Part shown: piece after piece, positions 9,131-17,613 of the stretch
Numbering within the stretch: the stretch's first letter is position 1
Layout of the letters: each line of letters starts with the position of its first letter
NCBI GenBank assembly: GCA_963831235.1
Contig: CAWHPS010000038.1
Span: 75,104 to 107,103 of the forward strand
Length of the DNA: 32,000 bases
Origin: an uncultured Fibrobacterota bacterium
Lineage (GTDB): Bacteria; Fibrobacterota; OXYB2-FULL-49-7; JAEUSG01
Direction of reading: 5' to 3'
Program-made: the position numbers and the translations under genes
Notes under the pieces: generated by a model
What the model was told of the DNA's origin: nothing
Seen by the model: only the letters and a program-made list of their open reading frames with translations
Database searches by the model: none

Positions 9131-9700
9131 ATGGATGATTTTGTTTTATCGCGGGTCGAATATATGGATGAAGAGAAGCTTCTTGAGCAATGCATAAACG
9201 GGGATAAAAAAGCCTTTTCCCAGTTAATAGAACAAAATCGCAGGCTCATAGAAACTGCGGCATTCAGGATAGTAAAAAGCAATGTTGCAGTGCAGGAGGT
9301 TGTCCAGGAGGCCCTAATCAGAATTTTCAAGGGGATTAAGCAGTTCAACAGGCAATGCAAGATTTCAACCTGGATGTACCGAATAACAGTTAATGAAGGG
9401 ATCCGCTATCTTGAGAAGGAATCAGGACATGCAGCAACACCCTTGGATCAAATCGAGGAAATCCCTATTGCCGAAGCATGTGCTCTGCAAAGCATTGTCT
9501 TAAAGGAGCAGAAAAAAATGATGAAGGAGTTCGTTGACGAACTTCCAAGCGAATTTAAAGAAGTGGTGGTGCTTCATTATTTCGAGGAAATGAAACTCGA
9601 GAACATTGCAGATAAATTAAATATCCCGTCGGGCACGGTATTCTCGCGTATCGGACGGGCAAGAGACATGTTAAAGAAAAAGATAAAAGCATACGTATGA
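9131..9700 (+). CDS. ECF-type RNA polymerase sigma-70 family factor
   Basis: Region 2 (GDKKAFSQLIEQNRRLIETAAFRIV...QEVVQEALIRIFKGIKQF...STWMYRITVNEGIRYL) and region 4 (EFKEVVVLHYFEEMKLENIADKLNIPSGTVFSRIGRARDMLKK) are both present. The ATG at 9131 is preferred over the TTG at 9119 in the ORF track, and ATG 9164 is also possible. The stop overlaps the next start as ATGA at 9697-9700. Confidence 0.85.
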   Translation: MDDFVLSRVEYMDEEKLLEQCINGDKKAFSQLIEQNRRLIETAAFRIVKSNVAVQEVVQEALIRIFKGIKQFNRQCKISTWMYRITVNEGIRYLEKESGHAATPLDQIEEIPIAEACALQSIVLKEQKKMMKEFVDELPSEFKEVVVLHYFEEMKLENIADKLNIPSGTVFSRIGRARDMLKKKIKAYV

Positions 9701-11334
9701 CAAACCACATAACGCCTGAAACAATAAGCAATTTTCTAAACGGCCGCATCGATTCCGATGTTTCGGACATGCTTTTGCATATCAAAACCTGTCCTGAATG
9801 CAGGCGCGAATTTGATCTTACTTTAATGTCCGACGAATTGCTGTTATCAAAGGAAGAAGATAAATCCGATATCAGGCATACATTATCCGACGCGGAATGG
9901 AACGCTGCTTTTGACAATGCCTGGGAAAAATCAGATGTCAAACATAAGAAAAACGTAACTGTTCAGGTATCTTCCCGGCCCCTCGATACACCAGCCGGTT
10001 GCCGAGTGTCCGCCGCAGGCGGATGTATCGAGGCACCCGGCTGGCACACCTCGACAAGCTCGGTGCATCGCTCGGAGACCGGCAAGACACCTGAACAGTT
10101 GCAGAAAACCAACAAAATAATCAGGTTTCACAGGGCTTTTTATGCCTTGGCCGCCTCAATAATTGTATTAATCGGCGGCTATATTGCCTTAAAGCCTGTC
10201 CCAATAGTTGAAAACAGGGTTACGGCCATTAATATACCTGAAGTAAAACACATAAGTCAAAGCAGTCTGTCAAGGCAACTACGGATAAGTCATAATACAA
10301 GTGCTCTTGTTTCCGGGGAATCGGATATCCGTTTAACAAAAAATACGGATTCTTTGGTTTCATCTGAACTTACCATGGGTTCCGCTCTTTTCAGCGTTGA
10401 GCCGCATCATTATAAATCCTTCAAGGTCAATACCCCAGATGCTGAAATTACTGTTACAGGCACTGTTTTTGATGTCTTAATAAGTGAAAATGTCACCCGA
10501 GTTTCCGTAATCCGTGGTAGTGTATCTGTTTTTTACAAGTCTTTAAAAGAAAAGATAATGCTTTCCAAAGACGAAATAGCAATTCCGGATAAAGGCCATA
10601 TTAATATCAAACATCTAACCCCTGAAGAAAAGGCTGCCATAAATGCGAATCTGGATAAAATTACATCTTCAATCCTAGAGGAAAATCAAACGCCCTTGCG
10701 CCGGATTGTTGAACAGGTGCCAAAAGTACCATTCGAGATGGTTTTGGAGCAGAAACTCAATCTTGGTTTGCAAAGTATTGGAAAAAATGATTTCAGTGCA
10801 GCACAAGGATATTTTAGCGAAGTTAAATCATCCGGTCTCAAAAACAGCACGGTACAAACAGCATATTTTGAATCCGCATTGATGCAATTGAACAAGCTTG
10901 GTAATATCGACGAGGGTATTAAAGGGCTTGAGGAGTATCTAAACCTTTTTGATAATGGCCTTTACACTGAAGAAGCCCTGGTCGAGCTTGTTTCCGTGAA
11001 CAGAAAACTTGGCAAAACGGATAAGGTTATTCAATACGAGAAGAAATACGCTTCTGCCTTTATAGATAAAAATTATTCACATGATTTTGTATATGAAGCG
11101 GCAACTCTTTTAAGGGAAACAAAAAAAGATTATAAAGAAGCAGCCGGAACTTATGCGATTTTTATAGAGCGTTATCCCAAGGACTACCGAACTGAAGACG
11201 CGATTTTCTGGATGGGCAAATGTCATTGGCTTGCTGAAAACAAGACCCCGGCCAGGGTTATTTTCAATGACTATCTTAAAAAATATCCTGAAGGCCGATG
11301 GGTCAGTGAAATCAAATCCAATCTACAACAATGA
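9697..11334 (+). CDS. Anti-sigma factor: zf-HC2 N-terminus, one TM, FecR-like periplasmic domain and an extra C-terminal TPR (YbgF/BamD-like) module
   Basis: HIKTCPECRREF is the zf-HC2 motif. The TM segment is FYALAASIIVLIGGYIAL. The FecR-like core is FKVNTPDAEITVTGTVFDVLISENVTRVSVIRGSVSV. The C-terminal TPRs include EDAIFWMGKCHWLAENKTPARVIFNDYLKKYPEGRW. Both ends have ATGA overlaps with the neighbouring genes. Confidence 0.8.
   Translation: MTNHITPETISNFLNGRIDSDVSDMLLHIKTCPECRREFDLTLMSDELLLSKEEDKSDIRHTLSDAEWNAAFDNAWEKSDVKHKKNVTVQVSSRPLDTPAGCRVSAAGGCIEAPGWHTSTSSVHRSETGKTPEQLQKTNKIIRFHRAFYALAASIIVLIGGYIALKPVPIVENRVTAINIPEVKHISQSSLSRQLRISHNTSALVSGESDIRLTKNTDSLVSSELTMGSALFSVEPHHYKSFKVNTPDAEITVTGTVFDVLISENVTRVSVIRGSVSVFYKSLKEKIMLSKDEIAIPDKGHINIKHLTPEEKAAINANLDKITSSILEENQTPLRRIVEQVPKVPFEMVLEQKLNLGLQSIGKNDFSAAQGYFSEVKSSGLKNSTVQTAYFESALMQLNKLGNIDEGIKGLEEYLNLFDNGLYTEEALVELVSVNRKLGKTDKVIQYEKKYASAFIDKNYSHDFVYEAATLLRETKKDYKEAAGTYAIFIERYPKDYRTEDAIFWMGKCHWLAENKTPARVIFNDYLKKYPEGRWVSEIKSNLQQ
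9971..10085. repeat. GC-rich palindromic segment embedded in frame in the anti-sigma linker
   Basis: cctcgataca (9981-9990) pairs with tgtatcgagg (10024-10033). ccagccgg (9991-9998) pairs with ccggctgg (10037-10044). An inner hairpin tccgcc-gca-ggcgga lies at 10009-10023. The composition is far more GC-rich than the flanking coding sequence. Confidence 0.7.
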
Positions 11335-12899
11335 TTTATAAATATCTGTTACTATTTTCCATTGCATTCATGATAATCGGCTGTAATCACGACAGAAACA
11401 ACCCTTTTGACCCTGGCGCAACCAATCATGTCATGCTTATTGTCCCGCAGGATTTTACAGGTCAACCAATAACCCCAACATCAATTAAATTAAACTGGAA
11501 TGGCAGCAACACACGAACTGATGGTTATGTTGTACTTAGGGGATTGTCAGAAAACATGATGTCTGTTTATGCGGTATTGGGTGTTAATAGGAAATCATTT
11601 ATTGACACAAATTGTCTTCCATATACTGTTTACTATTACAAAGCAGGAGCATTTGACAAGCTTAACGACACAGCATACGAAGGCAATACAATCCGAGTAA
11701 GGACCCTTTATAGAACACCACTTGATATGCCGGTTGTTCCGCTCCTGTCTCCTCCTTCAGGTTTTTTTATTGAACGTAATTCAGCTACTACTGTTAAGTT
11801 AAGTTGGCTTGAAACCGGTCTTGCAGGAATAAAAGGAGTTATTCTTGAAAAGGGTCTTAATCCTGGCAATATTGGTTATTTAATCCATAAAGAGGATACA
11901 ACAAGGTCTATTATTGATTCTATTTCATCGGATTTGGCCATCTATTACAGTCTTAGAAAATTTGACACAACATATTTTGGTGTTTCGAGTGCAATAATTG
12001 ATTCTGTAAAACCATTTGTAAGACCTGAACAGCTTAAATTGAATTTCTCAACTGACAATATAATCCATGTTTCATGGAAAGGAACGGAATCCAATACAGA
12101 TAGTATATGTTTGGAAAAGAAATCCGGTACTAATTCATGGTCAAATCGAGTCAGGCTTCCGAGGGGAGCAACGGTTTTTTCAGACTCTGCAATATCATCA
12201 TACACAACTTTCTATTACAGGGCCTATTCGTTTTCCGGAACAGAAAAAACTCCATACTCGAATCAGGATTCAGTCTTCTTACCCGGAGTTTTACCCCCTT
12301 CTGCGGATACCTCCACACTTTTATGCTGGAATTTTGATGAAATATCGGGTTCAACAGTATTGGATGATTCCAAATATCACAGGAACGGTGTTTTTCAGGA
12401 TTCTATTCGAGTTGCCGGCAAGTTTGGCCGAGCCATATTTTTAAAAGATTCATCCTATGTGACATCATCCATACCAATGGATTTCTCCGGCACATCATTA
12501 TCTGTTGAGTTTTGGATTAAGCCATGGGTGGTTCTTGATAGCTTAACGGATAGGACAGGTTTAATGATGACCATAAATGGGCCAATTACGATTTATTATT
12601 ATCATGGCCGCATTATTGCGGATTTTGTAGCTTATGGTAATGTGGTGCATTCGGTATTTGCGGATTGTTCATTTTCGCCTAATAAATGGTCCCAGATCAT
12701 GGTTGTTTTCTCGAATAATAAGATAAAGATTTATGTAAACTGTGTTCTTGTTGGCATGCAACCGGCCAATTTTACAACAATTCTTACAGCGGCTGGTTTA
12801 TATTTCGGGAAAGCAAAAATTTTGAACATGAACAAGTATTATGATGGTTATGTAGATGGGTTAAGAATTAAAAATAATCCGGATGAAATATTTAAGTGA
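11331..12899 (+). CDS. Lipoprotein with three FN3-like modules and a C-terminal LamG (Laminin_G_3 / concanavalin-A-like) domain
   Basis: The lipobox is MIIGC. Three FN3-like units are marked by SIKLNWNG...DGYVVLRG, TVKLSWLE...GVILEKG and IIHVSWKG...ICLEKKSG. The LamG opening motif is LLCWNFDEISGSTVLDDSKYHRNGVF, and the domain closes with YDGYVDGLRIKNN. The start overlaps the anti-sigma stop (ATGA at 11331-11334). Confidence 0.75.
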   Translation: MIYKYLLLFSIAFMIIGCNHDRNNPFDPGATNHVMLIVPQDFTGQPITPTSIKLNWNGSNTRTDGYVVLRGLSENMMSVYAVLGVNRKSFIDTNCLPYTVYYYKAGAFDKLNDTAYEGNTIRVRTLYRTPLDMPVVPLLSPPSGFFIERNSATTVKLSWLETGLAGIKGVILEKGLNPGNIGYLIHKEDTTRSIIDSISSDLAIYYSLRKFDTTYFGVSSAIIDSVKPFVRPEQLKLNFSTDNIIHVSWKGTESNTDSICLEKKSGTNSWSNRVRLPRGATVFSDSAISSYTTFYYRAYSFSGTEKTPYSNQDSVFLPGVLPPSADTSTLLCWNFDEISGSTVLDDSKYHRNGVFQDSIRVAGKFGRAIFLKDSSYVTSSIPMDFSGTSLSVEFWIKPWVVLDSLTDRTGLMMTINGPITIYYYHGRIIADFVAYGNVVHSVFADCSFSPNKWSQIMVVFSNNKIKIYVNCVLVGMQPANFTTILTAAGLYFGKAKILNMNKYYDGYVDGLRIKNNPDEIFK

Positions 12900-12945
12900 G
12901 AGTGTCTAATGGAACTATGGGTTTAAAATAGAAAAAGGGGGCTTT

Positions 12946-15501
12946 GTGTTTTTTAGGTTAATTGTGGTTATTGGGGTGGTTGTTTGCAATCTGGTTTTTG
13001 GCGCGGACTCGACATATTTTACGGTTGATGAGAATACGGTAGCGTTATGGCGGTTTAATGAGGGATCGGGGAATGTGTTATATGATGAGAGTGGGAATAG
13101 TCATCATGGGGTACTGAGCCCTGGAATTGAGAGAGAAGCTGGTAAATATGGTGGCTCAGTTAATATTGTAAACGATAATCAATATATATCAGTTCCAAAT
13201 GTTTTAACTTTCAATAATTCGCATAGATTTAAAATTGAAGCAATTGTTAACTTTCCAGCCTATAATTCCAATGTTACCTATCCAATATTCGAGGTGAGTC
13301 AAAATGGAATAAATGACAGCTTAGCAATAGCTTTTTGCGTAGGGGTTGATTATGAAAAAGTTTTAGCGTTGGCAACATATGGTATTTATGGAAATGGGCT
13401 GAATGCGACGACTACCAGAATTAAAGCACCACTAAATGATGATTTTTTTAATAAGTGGGTTAAAGTAGGAGCCGAATATGACAATGGAATAAGGAAATTA
13501 TTTATTAATGATTCATTGGTTGCGATAGATACCGTAAGTCCTATAACAAAGTTTCCTGGGCAATATGTTACATTAATTGGCAATGATATGCATAATGCAT
13601 CTTCTTGGTATTTTGCTGGTTTTATTGATGAAATAAAAATATCCGGATTGAAAAATGAGACCAATTACTTCGCAGTTGATTCTAATACAAAGGCACTTTG
13701 GCGATTTAACGAGCAATCTGGCACCATAATTGTTGATGAGAGCGGGAATAATAATAATGGAATAATAAGTCAAGGTGTATTAAGGGATACAGGAAAATAT
13801 GATGGTTCTGTATATATTGGCCATGACAGTGAATATATATCAGTTCCCAATGTTTTAACTTTAGACAATTCACACAGATTTAAGATAGAAGCGGTTGTAA
13901 ATTTTCCATCATATAATTCCAATGCAACTTATCCGATATTTATGACAAGTCAGAATGGAATTAATGATAGTCTTGCCATAGCATTTTGTGTAGGTATTGA
14001 TCATGAGAAAGTATTATCATTGGTAACATATGGTCTTTATGGCAATGATCTGAATACAACAACAAGTAGAATTAAGGCACCACTTAATAATGATTTCTTT
14101 AATAAATGGGTTGAGGTAGGCGCAGAATATGATAATGGGATAAGAAAATTATTTATTAATGATTCTTTAATCGCAATAGATACTGTAAGTCCTATAACAA
14201 AGTTCCCTGGACAATGTGTTACCCTAATTGGCAATGATATGCATAATGCTGATTCTTGGCGGTTTGAAGGGTTTATTGATGAAATTAAGGTTTCTACAAT
14301 GGTGCCTACATGGAATTCTCAATTACCTGTTTTTATTTCCAGGCCCGACACCGTTATGTATGAAGGGCGCCAATTCACATATATTATAAAAACATCAAAC
14401 CCGGACAAAGATTCTATAACTTTATCCTTGAATATCAATCCAATGCTAAATCTTGAGTTAAATCATGACACATTAATCTTTAAACCAGATTCTGACCAGA
14501 TTGGTTTGCATGTTATATCCATAATGGCTTCAGATAAAGACAATCATTGTTCTGTCCAAACATTTATATTAGAAGTTAAAAGACGTTCATCAGGTATCGG
14601 TTTTGTCACGTTACTACCAACAAATGATACGACTATTACGGAAACAGATACGCTTTACTTTAAAGCAATTGCTGAAAGTAAGAATACAAGCTATATACCT
14701 GTTTATCAATGGCAGATTGATGGTACCATTATCAGTAATAGTTCCCTTTGTACTCTAAGAACAGATTATAGGTCCTCTGGATTACACATCGTAAAAGTGA
14801 CAGCGTTTGCAAACTCTGAGTTTATTGATCATGAATGGCGGATTACTGTTAATAATCGTATTTGCAAACCTAGTATAGTTTCACCAGTAAGTGAAGGAAT
14901 TGTTACAGGTGATAGTTCTTTTTCATGGAGTTTTGAGGATCCTGATTTTGATAGTCTATCAACTTATTATAAAATTCAATTCTATAAAGGAATAAATGGT
15001 GACACATTAATTGGATCAGTTGATTCAATTAATGCGACAAGAATTTTGCTAAGTGATTTGGTTAAATTTATCTCTCTCCCTTTAAAAAGGATGCTATCCT
15101 GGAAAATAATGGCGTTCAAGAAAGGTAGTGAGTCACCATTTAGTAATATTCAATGGTTTTTCATTGATCAGATAATTAGTGTTGAAAATGTGTCTGATGC
15201 TTTACCAATAGAATACTCATTACAGCAGAATTACCCTAATCCATTCAATCCTTCAACTTCTATCAAATTTGCAATCCCTGCTTCAAGTGGAAATTTAAAA
15301 GAACAAGCAAATATAGAAATATTTTCCACAAAAGGTGAGTTGGTTCGGAAATTTATTTTAAAGGATCTTGAACCTGGATATCATACAATCAATTGGAATG
15401 GTTATGATATGCTAGGAAGAATCTGCCCAAACGGATTGTACTTTTATAGAATTCAGTCGGGAACATTTTTTAAAACTATGAGGATGATCTTTTTAAAATA
15501 G
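12946..15501 (+). CDS. T9SS cargo protein: signal peptide, tandem LamG x2, Ig/PKD-like modules, C-terminal sorting domain
   Basis: GTG start preceded by aaaggggg. Two LamG units open with ALWRFNEGSGNVLYDESGNSHHG and ALWRFNEQSGTIIVDESGNNNNG. The C-terminus QQNYPNPFNPSTSIKFAIP...IEIFSTKGELV...GLYFYRIQSG...MIFLK is the type-A T9SS sorting-domain pattern. Confidence 0.8.
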   Translation: MFFRLIVVIGVVVCNLVFGADSTYFTVDENTVALWRFNEGSGNVLYDESGNSHHGVLSPGIEREAGKYGGSVNIVNDNQYISVPNVLTFNNSHRFKIEAIVNFPAYNSNVTYPIFEVSQNGINDSLAIAFCVGVDYEKVLALATYGIYGNGLNATTTRIKAPLNDDFFNKWVKVGAEYDNGIRKLFINDSLVAIDTVSPITKFPGQYVTLIGNDMHNASSWYFAGFIDEIKISGLKNETNYFAVDSNTKALWRFNEQSGTIIVDESGNNNNGIISQGVLRDTGKYDGSVYIGHDSEYISVPNVLTLDNSHRFKIEAVVNFPSYNSNATYPIFMTSQNGINDSLAIAFCVGIDHEKVLSLVTYGLYGNDLNTTTSRIKAPLNNDFFNKWVEVGAEYDNGIRKLFINDSLIAIDTVSPITKFPGQCVTLIGNDMHNADSWRFEGFIDEIKVSTMVPTWNSQLPVFISRPDTVMYEGRQFTYIIKTSNPDKDSITLSLNINPMLNLELNHDTLIFKPDSDQIGLHVISIMASDKDNHCSVQTFILEVKRRSSGIGFVTLLPTNDTTITETDTLYFKAIAESKNTSYIPVYQWQIDGTIISNSSLCTLRTDYRSSGLHIVKVTAFANSEFIDHEWRITVNNRICKPSIVSPVSEGIVTGDSSFSWSFEDPDFDSLSTYYKIQFYKGINGDTLIGSVDSINATRILLSDLVKFISLPLKRMLSWKIMAFKKGSESPFSNIQWFFIDQIISVENVSDALPIEYSLQQNYPNPFNPSTSIKFAIPASSGNLKEQANIEIFSTKGELVRKFILKDLEPGYHTINWNGYDMLGRICPNGLYFYRIQSGTFFKTMRMIFLK
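13015..14295 (+). repeat. Intragenic tandem duplication of a complete LamG unit (period 651 nt / 217 codons)
   Basis: Unit 1 (13015-13644) and unit 2 (13666-14295) align without gaps over 210 aa. By my hand count 163/210 residues are identical. Many differences are synonymous or conservative. Confidence 0.9.
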
Positions 15502-15612
15502 CATTTGGATTAATTCTATTTAGAATTAATTTGTGTCCATACCGGAAATGAATATATGAGTTGCTTGGGTCAATAGACGAAAATATATTTTAACTTTAAA
15601 GTGAGGTGTTTT

Positions 15613-16704
15613 ATGAGATGCCAGAAATTACTAATTAGTTGTCTTTTCTTAATGTCATTTTCTATTAGTTTTACCCGTTGTTCTTCACAAAAAGAGAAAT
15701 CATTGAACCCTGTAACTTCGCAATCAAGTGGACAAATGGTTTTTAAAATGCCGATTAATAAAGCTGCTACGAATGGAGTTGAAGTCGACAGTATATTTGT
15801 CGCGATTACTGGTCCATCAAATCTTCAAGGAACCCTGGCAATAATTTCTGATTCTGCATTTGGGAATTTCGCTGGTTTGTTACCAGGTTCTTATCAAGTT
15901 ATAATTAAGGCATACGGACAAAATGGTGTTGAAGTTGCTTCTGGTCTTGCGCAGGCAGAAGTAAAACCAGGGCAAACAACAAAGGTAAGTATCACAATGA
16001 TAATTAAGTTGGGTGCATTACAAATATCAGCATCATGGGTTTATGAAGAAACAACCAATAATGATTTGATAGCATTTTACCCTTTTAACGGCAATGCAAA
16101 TGATAGTAGCAATAATCATCATAATGGTGTTGTTTCAGGGGCTACACTTATTCAGGACCGGTTTGGTAATGAGAATGGTGCTTATTATTTCGATGGAATT
16201 GATGATGAAATTAGAATTTCAAATCCTTTCGATTCATGCATATCAAATAAAACACCAATTTCAATAGTTGTATGGGTTAAAACAAAGTCAACCAAAGATG
16301 CATCAGGTATTGTAACACAACATTCCGCTTGCTTAGGGACGAATGACCACAACTATTTTATCGTTTTATACGGAACAGATTATAATTATGGCCCATCTTT
16401 ACAGGCGACTTTTTTTAGTGCGCCACGTTTGAATACAAGCAGTTTATGTATTTTGGACAATCAATGGCACCAAATTGCAGCAGTATATGATGGTACGACT
16501 TCTAAAATGTATATTGATGGTTCGCTGAAAGACTCTTTATCTGTTAGTCCAGAATCAGCTTTTGAAGCGGATAAGGATTTAGTTATAGGGGCTTTCAATA
16601 GTTCAAGTTGCTATTGGACCAATTGTAGATTTGAAGGTGCAATAGATGATGTAAAAATCTTTAAAAGAGCACTTTCAATTGATGATATTATAGGACAGCT
16701 ATAA
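15613..16704 (+). CDS. Secreted/lipoprotein-like protein with N-terminal Ig-like beta domain and C-terminal LamG domain (no T9SS tail)
   Basis: The ATG at 15613 sits 6-7 nt after gtgaggtg and is preferred over the GTG at 15601. The signal is MRCQKLLISCLFLMSFSISFTRC. LamG motifs are LIAFYPFNGNANDSSNNHHNGVVSG, WHQIAAVYDGTTSKMYIDG and FEGAIDDVKIFKRALS. Confidence 0.7.
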   Translation: MRCQKLLISCLFLMSFSISFTRCSSQKEKSLNPVTSQSSGQMVFKMPINKAATNGVEVDSIFVAITGPSNLQGTLAIISDSAFGNFAGLLPGSYQVIIKAYGQNGVEVASGLAQAEVKPGQTTKVSITMIIKLGALQISASWVYEETTNNDLIAFYPFNGNANDSSNNHHNGVVSGATLIQDRFGNENGAYYFDGIDDEIRISNPFDSCISNKTPISIVVWVKTKSTKDASGIVTQHSACLGTNDHNYFIVLYGTDYNYGPSLQATFFSAPRLNTSSLCILDNQWHQIAAVYDGTTSKMYIDGSLKDSLSVSPESAFEADKDLVIGAFNSSSCYWTNCRFEGAIDDVKIFKRALSIDDIIGQL

Positions 16705-16728
16705 AGCTCAGATTACTAGAGGGAATAC

Positions 16729-17301
16729 ATGGGGAATGTGAATAATAAGTTTAAATTAAACTTGGGATGTGGAGATGATATTCGAACTGAATATGTAAAC
16801 CTTGATATTGTTTCTATGCCAGGTGTAGACGTGGTTCACGATCTTAGAGTCACTCCACTTCCTTTCCAGGAAAACGAATTTGAAGAAATATTTACTTCAC
16901 ATTGCCTTGAACATCTACCAAATTTTGTAGATATAATGCAAGAGTTATGGAGAATTACAAAACCCAATGGAATTATTGACATTTATGTACCATATTTTGC
17001 AAGTGAATTGGCTTTCCGTGATCCAACACACGTTAATTTTTTTACATATAAGACATTTACTAATTGGATTATTCGAAAAGAATATACAACGCATCTTGGC
17101 AAAACAATGCGATTTAAGATATTAAAGAGGAAGATTTCTTTTTTTGGAGGTAATCCGAAGCGGTGGTGGAATTTCTTGGTTAAATTTATTAATATTCCAT
17201 TAAGTTTTCCTGTTAATCTTTTTCCAGTAATCTTTGAACGGTTTTTCTGTTTTGTGTATCCATGTACCAATATTCATTATAGGCTTCAAGTTATAAAATA
17301 A
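16729..17301 (+). CDS. Small class I SAM-dependent methyltransferase (Methyltransf_11-like)
   Basis: LNLGCGDDIRTEYVNLDI is motif I. ...FEEIFTSHCLEHLPNFVDIMQELWRITKPNGIIDIYVP covers motifs II-III/post-II. The RBS agaggg lies upstream. Confidence 0.7.
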   Translation: MGNVNNKFKLNLGCGDDIRTEYVNLDIVSMPGVDVVHDLRVTPLPFQENEFEEIFTSHCLEHLPNFVDIMQELWRITKPNGIIDIYVPYFASELAFRDPTHVNFFTYKTFTNWIIRKEYTTHLGKTMRFKILKRKISFFGGNPKRWWNFLVKFINIPLSFPVNLFPVIFERFFCFVYPCTNIHYRLQVIK

Positions 17302-17613
17302 TTGTGCAGAAAAAAGCGGAACAGTCCCAACAAGGAACGATAATTGACTTGGTGCTTGGAATGTAGAGATAAGGACGAAATCCGGTGCAAAGATAAACTT
17401 AATTAAAAATGCACAAGGCGTAACGGCACCAGATTAAAGGCATACGTATTCGATTGCTAAAATATACCATGAAGAACGGCGCCACAAATCACTTAACTGA
17501 AAAGCATAATCCGTAATGGCCCCGAAAAGCAAAAGAGAAAGAAGATGTTTAGGAGAAAGATCACCAATTAAAAGACAATTTTAAAAGTAGGCGACCACGT
17601 TAACAGAGGTTTT

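Noticed and set aside
9555-9941. 128-aa antisense ORF spanning the sigma/anti-sigma junction.
   Set aside because: The sense strand has unambiguous sigma region 4 and zf-HC2 motifs, and the antisense product is Ser-rich and low-complexity.
9946-10044. Programmed -1 frameshift signal (AAG AAA AAC run followed by the pseudoknot-like GC-rich structure).
   Set aside because: The heptamer is G AAA AAC rather than a canonical X XXY YYZ. The spacer to the first stem is about 26 nt, which is too long. No extended alternative-frame ORF exists downstream.
12134-12334. A 201-nt stretch with no TAA/TAG/TGA trinucleotide in any forward frame. This produces three overlapping forward ORFs and one reverse ORF in the track (12067-12444, 12137-12337, 12151-12354, 11945-12205).
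   Set aside because: Only the 11331-12899 frame encodes recognisable FN3/LamG sequence, and the alternative-frame peptides are low-plausibility. This is probably a local composition effect. The overlapping-gene hypothesis would need conservation analysis.
13386-14234. Two similar antisense ORFs (13386-13664 and 14037-14234, both ...CPGNFVIGLTVSIA..ESLINNFLIPLSYSAPT...) that look like a conserved minus-strand gene pair.
   Set aside because: They lie at equivalent positions of the two LamG duplication units, so their similarity is a by-product of the plus-strand duplication. The sense frame has clear LamG motifs.
12946-15501. Diversity-generating retroelement (template/variable repeat) as an explanation for the near-identical LamG units.
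   Set aside because: There is no reverse transcriptase in the window. The differences between units involve all four bases rather than adenine-specific changes, and both units are full coding domains in tandem.
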